DNA of 64,000 bases, taken from contig NC_047015.1 in assembly GCF_902652985.1 (NCBI RefSeq), positions 34,410,001-34,474,000 on the forward strand, in the 5' to 3' direction. A program made the translations under genes and the position numbers. The first letter of the stretch is position 1. Every line of letters begins with the position of its first letter. Source of the stretch: Pecten maximus. Lineage: Eukaryota. Under the pieces are notes generated by a model that worked only from the letters and a program-made list of their open reading frames with translations, was not told where the DNA came from and did not search any database. This document shows positions 54,700-64,000 of the stretch, one piece after another.

Positions 54700-56110
54700 C
54701 ACAGGCGCTTGCATAGAAAATGTGATTTTCATTATTTTTTTATATGACAGTGGTACATGTATGTGTACTCTGTAAAGTACAAGGTTGGCAACTCCGCCAC
54801 GAGCGAAACGGCACCCCATCTCACTTTAATTGACTAAAAAACACATTTATTCAAACTGACACGGCGCATACTATATACTACCGTCATCTAGAAACATTCA
54901 TCTTTAACCTACCATGTCACTTAATACGAATTGTAACATCCAAAACACAATAATCCGTGAAAACATCGCCGAATTCCTCCAACAAAACACCATTTTTTCA
55001 AACTGCTCCCTCAGCCTATCCAGATTCTTCATTTACATACGGGGTTGAAAGGTCATGCGATTATATAATCGACTGTCACCAGGTGCATTTTTTTGGGGTC
55101 ATCTCGGCATACCTTATTTTACAGGTCCATGTACAGGACGTATCAATCAGCGAAATAATAAATAATAGTGTAAAATCATTAAAAAATATCTCTCATATAC
55201 TTGTATTTATAAGACACATTTTGCATTTACCTGCTAAAATTTTTCCAGGGGGAGTACCCACGGTTGTATTTGTAAAATGTGTGGAAATATTGGTACACAT
55301 GTATACGTTCCAGTAACCTGATGACAGTCTTATTCGTGATTCACTTTTCTTTTTGTTCGTCCTGATTTCAGTAAACTGACAAAAGTTAATCAATAAATAA
55401 GCATTTTGTTCTACCTTTGTGACAAAAGTATGCTAATCCATTTGCCTTATATCTTTTTTTTCTTTTTTTTTTTTTAATTTTCAAGTATAAAATGTCTAGG
55501 CCTACTACGTGAATGTGATTGCACAATAGGCATTCTTGACTTCGTTTGCTTTTCCTGTGTACTGTCATATACGGTGCATGGTACTCTCACGTTCAAAATG
55601 ATAAATAATTTATGATTATAAATCATCGTTCATTCGACGAAACTCTTCAAATATTCGTAAATTAGACGAAACTCTTCAACGTGCCGAAGCGTTTTCCGGA
55701 CAAAATGCATGCGGAGATGACCCAAAAAAGTGCACCTGGTGACAGTCGATGATATAATCGCATGACCTTTCAACCCCCTATGTAAATGAAGAATCTGGAT
55801 AGGCTGAGGGAGCAGTTTGAATAATAGTGTTTTGTTGGAGGAGTTCGGCGATGTTTTCACGGATTATTGTGTTTTGGATGTAACAATTCGTATTGAGTGA
55901 CACGGTAGGTTAAAGATGAATGTTTTTAGATGACAGTATTATATATAGTATGCGCCGTTTCAGTTTGAATAAATGTGTTTTTTAGTCGATTGAAGTGAGA
56001 TGGGGTGCCGTTTCGATCGTGGCGGAGTTTCCGGCCTTCCGTATTACACAGTACACATACCACTAATATCTTTTTTTTTTTAATTCTCATTTTCTATGCA
56101 AGCGCCTGTG
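54700..56110. mobile_element. 1.4-kb foldback element with about 410-bp TIRs, P-element-like, non-autonomous
   Basis: Arms about 54700-55110 and 55708-56110 are reverse complements; CACAGGCGC..GCGCCTGTG ends; perfect 8-bp TSD GGCGCTAC (54692-54699 and 56111-56118). Confidence 0.9.
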
Positions 56111-57184
56111 GGCGCTACAGCATACGCTCACTTGACCTTCGGACAGGTGAGCTAAAAACTATATATATACGTATGGAAAGTATATGATCTGAACGTAATA
56201 TTACTATATTTGTTTGCGTTGCAACCGGTTTTGATGCAGAAATTGTTCGGAGAAGTGAGGTGGTAGATTTGTTATTATATCCACTAGCGTCCTCGTCTTA
56301 ATCCCAATAAGATCCTTATATATATATATATATATAGTGCTAGACTGGCAACCAGCCCCGCCCCCTCCCTTTTTTGTTTTTGTTTTTTGTTTGTTAGAAT
56401 TGCTCCACTTAAACTCTAATACTTGATTATCTCCCCTAGTTTTGAATTTAGAAACTGTAGAATCAGATATAACCTCGATACCGATATCATGAAGCTCAAT
56501 TTGATTGATGATATTGATATTCTACAGACATGTGTCCAGTCTAACATTGTGTCCGTGATTCCACCGTAGATTCTTTTATTATTACAAGTTATTATCTTCT
56601 ACAGATCGATTACAAATCTTTACTAACCGGTCTTAACTGAAACAGAAGCATAAGAGGAGACTCAATTGGAATGTTTGAAAAAGCAAACAATATCTTACGA
56701 TAGTTTGAATGGTTTTATTTGCCTTTAGCTTTTCGGCTTATCAGCATGAACATATACAACACATTTCAAAGTAATATTGAATACGTGATTCAGGAAATAC
56801 AGACACATTTGATAGCTTAGTAGCAGCAATGAGAAACTTTGAAATGCTATCTGTTTTCTTCCCAATTTTAACTATAAGTAATTTGACTAGCTTTAACATA
56901 AATGCTATATTCTATAGTATCCATCAATGTTACAGTAAACATGGTAGATTATATCAGAAGACATGGAAAGATCAACCTCAAGACATCGAATAGAAGAAGA
57001 AAAAATAATGATAATGCCCAATAGAAGTCTCACTCGATCTAAGTGACATTGGCTCCATTGGTAAAAATAGACACATTTGAGGATCATACCATTTTCGGGC
57101 CTGTGTGTATTTGGATTACATAGGTGGTGCCCCTTGTTTCATGATGTTGAGAGTTGACCGCAGTGAAATGGACACAAACCTTTA

Positions 57185-58321
57185 ATCATCAATATAACAT
57201 TATCTGACCGTATCATTAATATAACATTATCTGACCGTATCATTAATATAACATTATCTGACCGTATCATCAATATAACATTATCTGACCGTATCATTAA
57301 TATAACATTATCTGACCGTATCATTAATATAACATTATCTGACCGTATCATTAATATAACATTATCTGACCGTATCATTAATATAACATTATCTGACCGT
57401 ATCATTAATATAACATTATCTGACCGTATCATCAATATAACATTATCTGACCGTATCATCAATATAACATTATCTGACCGTATCATTAATATAACATTAT
57501 CTGACCGTATCATTAATATAACATTATCTGACCGTATCATCAATATACCATTATCTGACCGTATCATCAATATAACATTATCTGACCGTATCATCAATAT
57601 AACATTATCTGACCGTATCATCAATATAACATTATCTGACCGTATCATTAATATAACATTATCTGACCGTATCATTAATATAACATTATCTGACCGTATC
57701 ATTAATATTACATTATCTGACCGTATCATTAATATAACATTATCTGACCGTATCATTAATATAACATTATCTGACCGTATCATTAATATAACATTATCTG
57801 ACCGTATCATTAATATAACATTATCTGACCGTATCATTAATATAACATTATCTGACCGTATCATTAATATAACATTATCTGACCGTATCATTAATATAAC
57901 ATTATCTGACCGTATCATCAATATAACATTATCTGACCGTATCATCAATATAACATTATCTGACCGTATCATTAATATAACATTATCTGACCGTATCATT
58001 AATATAACATTATCTGACCGTATCATCAATATACCATTATCTGACCGTATCATCAATATAACATTATCTGACCGTATCATCAATATAACATTCTCTGACC
58101 GTATCATCAATATAACATTATCTGACCGTATCATCAATATAACATTATCTGACCGTATCATTAATATAACATTATCTGACCGTATCATTAATATAACATT
58201 ATCTGACCGTATCATCAATATAACATTATCTGACCGTATCATCAATATAACATTATCTGACCGTATCATTAATATAACATTATCTGACCGTATCATTAAT
58301 ATAACATTATCTGACCGTATC
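57185..58321. repeat. 27-bp minisatellite (TATCATTAATATAACATTATCTGACCG), about 42 copies
   Basis: Visible tandem unit; produces the artefactual 396-aa ORF 57139..58329. Confidence 0.97.
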
Positions 58322-58781
58322 AAACACAAAAATCATTGTTATTACCAATGTTTCAAATTCAAAATGTATACCGTAGCCTAAAGCGCTCTATAACAGTTAA
58401 ATGTACTTGTTAAAATCTCTATAAAGCACATGGCAAATGTCTGACTTGACAATTCTAATATTAGCAGGTCAATGTCGAAAAAAGCCCCAACAAAAAACCT
58501 ACAAAAATAAACACAAAAATAATAAACATACAAAATAAAATAAGTTTAAAAAAATGCCAATTTCGAAGTCAACGTAAAAAAGGTAAAAACATTATAAGGA
58601 TTTTCTGTGGAATATTGCCATGAAATGAACCTGTGTATGTATGGTAGCGTCAATTATTATTATTATTATTATATATTATTTTGTCAGGTTTTAGATATAT
58701 CGACTTCATTTTCACAATTCGCAAAACAAAACGCCTTAAGTGGTAAAAAATCATTATGTGTTCCTCTGCTTCTGAGTTGGT

Positions 58782-61700
58782 CTAGATCCGATCATAGGGA
58801 AATTTGAGTTTTGTTTCATATGAAGAGTAACTTCCTTTGCCCCGTATTGCTAAGTGGTCACTATAGAGGTATGCTGTTGCATAGGCATCCATTTCCTGAC
58901 TTTCTATAGTTCCGGCAAAAGTCACGTGCAGTATACCGGAACTATCTACATAACTTCCGCCCTCGTGGAAATGACCGGCAAAGTAGCAGATTACACATGA
59001 GCTATATGTAGATATTGCTTCCATGATTTCTGTGTGGTTCAGACATAAAAACATGCTTTCTGCACTGTGCTCACAAATAGGGACATGACCTAAAATAAAA
59101 ATAAAACAAAGTAATTAACATCAACATGTATATTTTGAGATTTTGAGATACGGCATGCTGGCTGATTCCTTTTTCAGACAATGCATTTAAGAGATAATAT
59201 TCACGATAACGGCTATTCTTTTTCAATAATTAAACTTCATTTAATACCAATTAATTCATAGTTAGTCCAGTCAACTACAGGTTACAGTTTGGCAGGTACT
59301 GGCATTATTATCAATGTTAACATGGTATTGTTCCTTACCCATTATACTGACATTGTCCTGTTAACATGGTATTGTTCCTTACCCATTACGATGGCATTGT
59401 CCTGTTAACACGGTATTGTTCCTTACCCATTACACTGACATTGTCCTGTTTACATGGTATTGTTCCTTACCCATTACACTGACATTGTCCTGTTAACACG
59501 GTATTGTTCCTTACCCATTACGATGATATTGTCCTGTTAACACGGTATTGTTCCTTACCCATTATGATGACATTGTCCTGTTAACACGGTATTGTTCCTT
59601 ACCCATTACACTGACATTGTCCTGTTAACATGGTATCGTTCCTTACCCATTACACTGACATTGTCCTGTTAACACGGTATTGTTCCTTACCCATTACACT
59701 GACATTGTCCTGTTAACACGGTATTGTTCCTTACCCATTACACTGACATTGTCCTGTTAACACGGTATTGTTCCTTACCCATTACGATGATATTGTCCTG
59801 TTAACACGGTATTGTTCCTTACCCATTACGATGACATTGTCCTGTTAACACGGTATTGTTCCTTACCCATTACACTGACATTGTCCTGTTAACACGGTAT
59901 TGTTCCTTACCCATTACGATGATATTGTCCTGTTAACATGGTATCGTTCCTTACCCATTACACTGACATTGTCCTGTTAACACGGTATTGTTCCTTACCC
60001 ATTATGATGACATTGTCCTGTTAACATGGTATTGTTCCTTACCCATTACGATGATATTGTCCTGTTAACACGGTATTGTTCCTTACCCATCATAATGACA
60101 TTGTCCTGTTAACATGGTATTGTTCCTTACCCATTACGATGGCATTGTCCTGTTTACACGGTATTGTTCCTTACCCATTACACTGACATTGTCCTGTTAA
60201 CATGGTATCGTTCCTTACCCATTACACTGACATTGTCCTGTTAACATGGTATCGTTCCTTACCCATTACGATGACATTGTCCTGTTAACACGGTATTGTT
60301 CCTTACCCATTACAGTGACATTGTCCTGTTAACACGGTATTGTTCCTTACCCATCATAATGACATTGTCCTGTTAACACGGTATTGTTCCTTACCCATCA
60401 TAATGACATTGTCCTGTTAACATGGTATTGTTCCTTACCCATTACGATGACATTGTCCTGTTAACACGGTATTGTTCCTTACCCATTACACTGACATTGT
60501 CCTGTTAACATGGTATCGTTCCTTACCCATAACGATGACATTGTCCTGTTAACACGGTATTGTTCCTTACCCATTACAGTGACATTGTCCTGTTAACACG
60601 GTATTGTTCCTTACCCATTACACTGACATTGTCCTGTTAACATGGTATCGTTCCTTACCCATTACACTGACATTGTCCTGTTAACACGGTATTGTTCCTT
60701 ACCCATTACACTGACATTGTCCTGTTAACATGGTATTGTTCCTTACCCATTACGATGACATTGTCCTTTTAACACGGTATTGTTCCTTACCCATTACACT
60801 GACATTGTCCTGTTAACATGGTATTGTTCCTTACCCATTACACTGACATTGTCCTGTTAACATGGTATTGTTCCTTACCCATTACACTGACATTGTCCTG
60901 TTAACACGGTATTGTTCCTTACCCATTACGATGACATTGTCCTGTTAACACGGTATTGTTCCTTACCCATTACACTGACATTGTCCTGTTAACATGGTAT
61001 TGTTCCTTACCCATTACACTGACATTGTCCTGTTTACATGGTATTGTTCCTTACCCATTACACTGACATTGTCCTGTTAACACGGTATTGTTCCTTACCC
61101 ATTACACTGACATTGTCCTGTTAACATGGTATTGTTCCTTACCCATTACGATGACATTGTCCTTTTAACATGGTATTGTTCCTTACCCATTACACTGACA
61201 TTGTCCTGTTAACATGGTATTGTTCCTTACCCATTACACTGACATTGTCCTGTTAACACGGTATTGTTCCTTACCCATTACGATGACATTGTCCTGTTAA
61301 CACGGTATTGTTCCTTACCCATTACACTGACAATGTCCTGTTTACACGGTATTGTTCCTTACCTATAACAATGACACTGTCCTGTTAACACGGTATTGTT
61401 CCTTACCCATTACACTGACATTGTCCTGTTAACATGGTATTGTTCCTTACCCATTACACTGACATTGTCCTATTAACACGGTATTGTTCCTTACCCATTA
61501 CGATGACATTGTCCTGTTAACATGGTATTGTTCCTTACCCATTACGATGACATTGTCCTGTTAACATGGTATTGTTCCTTACCCATTATGATGACATTTT
61601 CCTCGTCATTTGTAGCCTTTTGTAAAGTTTCTTTCAGCCATTTCAGTTGCGAATCAGACACCAGTCCATTTAGTTTGACAAACCGACGATTTGTTCCCTG

Positions 61701-62252
61701 AAGTCCGTCTGGGTTGTTCAAACTCTCATTAGGATTATTTTGTAAGATGAGGTTTTCTGCTTGTTTGTATTCTTCTGAGTGCTTCGGTAGCCCCAGCATG
61801 CTTATTTCATAACAATTCAGCACTACAACTTTCAACTTCCGGTGTAGGTTGAAAGAGTAATATGACTTTCCTTCAGGACATGCGCACTGAGGCATGTTGC
61901 CACTGAATAGATCAGATCCGCGGAGTTCTTCCTGTGTGAAGTTATACAGTTCATGGTTTCCCCACGTGTGGTAAACTGGACCCGGAAACAGTTTTATAAC
62001 ATCAGTAACTGATGACAGTGCATTTCTCGAAGCGTTGTGTACCTTGTTTAATCCATCTATGATGTCACCAAGTTGTAGAACGGAATCCACTCCCTCGGAT
62101 GTCCAGCTCCTGATCGCGCGTTCGAGTAGAACGAGAGATTTCCTGTAATTCCTTAGACGAGTTTTATGGAAATTGTACCTCTCATCAATGTCGCCATACT
62201 GAACATCGGCTATGATGCCGAAACTACATAACGGGCCACTATTCAGAGTCAT
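58782..62252 (-). CDS. ADPRM: Mn-dependent ADP-ribose/CDP-alcohol diphosphatase-like protein, paralogue B, 2 coding exons, about 325 aa
   Basis: Exons 62252-61583 and 59089-58782; same intron position and phase as paralogue A. Motifs IADVQYGD, LGDIIDG, GNHE, GHVP, AGHFHEGG. Acceptor at 62258-62260 and candidate 5'UTR donor GTAAGT at 62456. Confidence 0.9.
59315..61602 (-). repeat. 44-bp satellite, 52 copies, derived from the ADPRM-B exon/intron junction
   Basis: Sense-strand unit GGACAATGTCA(TC/GT)GTAATGG|GTAAGGAACAATACC(A/G)TGTTAACA; the first unit is the real exon end plus donor; 2288 bp = 52 x 44. Confidence 0.95.
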
Positions 62253-63465
62253 GATTTCTGGAAAATAAAATATCACGATAGATATATGTAATAATAGTCA
62301 TCCGCATTCTTAAATTCATATGTCCTTTACATACCAGCACACATACAACAAACAGTAGATGTGTACAAAGGTAAGTCAAGTCGTCATGCGCTGTTGAATT
62401 ACCACACCATTGAGTATTATTCTTGTAATGAAATCTGTTTTGGTAGCCTTACTTACGTTGTAGGATTCGATAGAGTTTATATTTAGAGATATGTTTACGA
62501 GTGACGGTTTATTTTATACCTGCTATTATGTGAGAAATTCCAAGCCACGTCACCGAATTCACGTCACCAAAAATGATTTCACAACGATTTGTAATCGAAG
62601 GGAGACGACTCTCATTGCTCTGTAGGAAATACTGTGAAAGTGTAAGATTTTCACAAGATCCTTGGGAGAAGGGGAGCCTGCATCGTTCACCTGGATATTT
62701 CAGTAATTATGGTAAAACACTCTCATTCAAGTTAAACTACAATTATTTTCCAACTTTTGAGCTGCCTCTCCCAACAATGGTTAAAACTAAAGATGGACCA
62801 AATCCGGACATTCTTAAAAAAGACACTAGAAACTAAGTCCGGAATCCCTAGGAGTGTGAAAAGGGATGGTAACTCCACCTGGCCCGAATAAAGAGGAAAG
62901 CCCTAAAAATAACTTACAAAAGTCAGAAACAATGATGACGGGAAAGTTAACCTTAGTAATAAAGTTTTAAATATCGCTATAACCACAGCAATATAGCAAT
63001 GAAAATACGTTAACAGATTGTATTAGATCAGTGTATCAATAGAATATGTGCGTGCTAGATATATTTTATAACTTTTAAATGATAAAGAGGTATGGTCTTT
63101 GTGAAAGAATTATGTAGTCAATAAATACCATATGAAATTAAGTTAAATTGACATATCAAATAGGAATTTTACACCATCCATCCATGCATGTCTGTTGTCG
63201 ACGATACGGAGTAAATCGGTTTTTACTCCAACTGAAAATTTCCTATCTCAACATTTTTATTATTATACTAAATTCTTTATATTAAACATGCATTTATGTT
63301 AAAAATATCGTTCAAATACGATCAAGAAAAATGTAATGGTATTAAGATACACAACAAAAATATGAAAAAGATATGTCTTGGTGATTCGAACTCCTAACCT
63401 TCCGATTGCTAAGCGGTGTTTAGCAATCAAAAAACAGATGCTTCAATGTCTCCATCTATAATTTG

Positions 63466-63959
63466 CATACTGGACATACATTGTTGTGGACGAGACGATA
63501 TTGGACATCTACAATGTCACAAGGAAAACATGGAACATACTGGACATACATTGTTGTGGACGAGACGATATTGGACATCTACAATGTCACGAGGAAAACA
63601 TGGAACATACTGGACATACATTGTTGTGGACGAGACGATATTGGACATCTACAATGTCACAAGGAAAACATGGAACATACTGGACATACATTGTTGTGGA
63701 CGAGACGATATTGGACATCTACAATGTCACGAGGAAAACATGGAACATACTGGACATACATTGTTGTGGACGAGACGATATTGGACATCTACAATGTCAC
63801 AAGGAAAACATGGAACATACTGGACATACATTGTTGTGGACGAGACGATATTGGACATCTACAATGTCACGAGGAAAACATGGAACATACTGGACATACA
63901 TTGTTGTGGCCGAGACGATATTGGACATCTACAATGTCACAAGGAAAACATGGAACATA
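63466..63959. repeat. 70-bp tandem repeat, 7 copies, with alternating A/G variant
   Basis: Period 70 (TTGTTGTGG at 63481, 63551, ...); explains ORFs 63463..63960 and 63486..63995. Confidence 0.95.
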
Positions 63960-64000
63960 AATATGAGAAAAGACTGGTTTTTAAACAATGTTTGAAAAAA

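Noticed and set aside
57139-58329. 396-aa ORF (MIRSDNVIL)n
   Set aside because: Translation of a 27-bp minisatellite with a stop-free frame; no unique coding sequence or splice context.
42691-62252. MIOX plus ADPRM as a metabolic gene cluster
   Set aside because: No established shared pathway or shared regulatory signal; adjacency alone is not evidence.
63463-63995. 165-aa and 169-aa ORFs
   Set aside because: Translations of the 70-bp repeat cycling through all three frames.

Overview
AT-rich eukaryotic (metazoan) genomic DNA, most likely a bivalve mollusc judging by the CORE-SINEs and repeat types; the taxon is an inference. Splice-phase-checked gene models: (1) a 6-exon LRMDA/C10orf11-like LRR gene on the minus strand, with one U12-type intron; (2) a divergent orphan gene for a ~630-aa repetitive disordered protein with two 1-nt frameshifts; (3) an 11-exon testican/SPOCK-like gene that appears to lack the Kazal domain and the acidic GAG tail; (4) an intronless MIOX with one frameshift; (5) two tandem ADPRM-like Mn-dependent ADP-ribose/CDP-alcohol diphosphatase paralogues, plus a partial third copy fused to a 5'-truncated LINE. 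The rest is dense with young minisatellites, non-autonomous DNA transposons with readable TIRs/TSDs, and four CORE-SINEs. Two observations stand out. First, a 52-copy 44-bp satellite made from an ADPRM exon/intron junction multiplies the authentic 5' splice site. Second, a LINE insertion flanked by a ~420-450-bp direct duplication copies the ADPRM start exon and splice acceptor and creates an in-frame ADPRM-LINE chimera. No CRISPR array, rRNA or intact tRNA gene was found.
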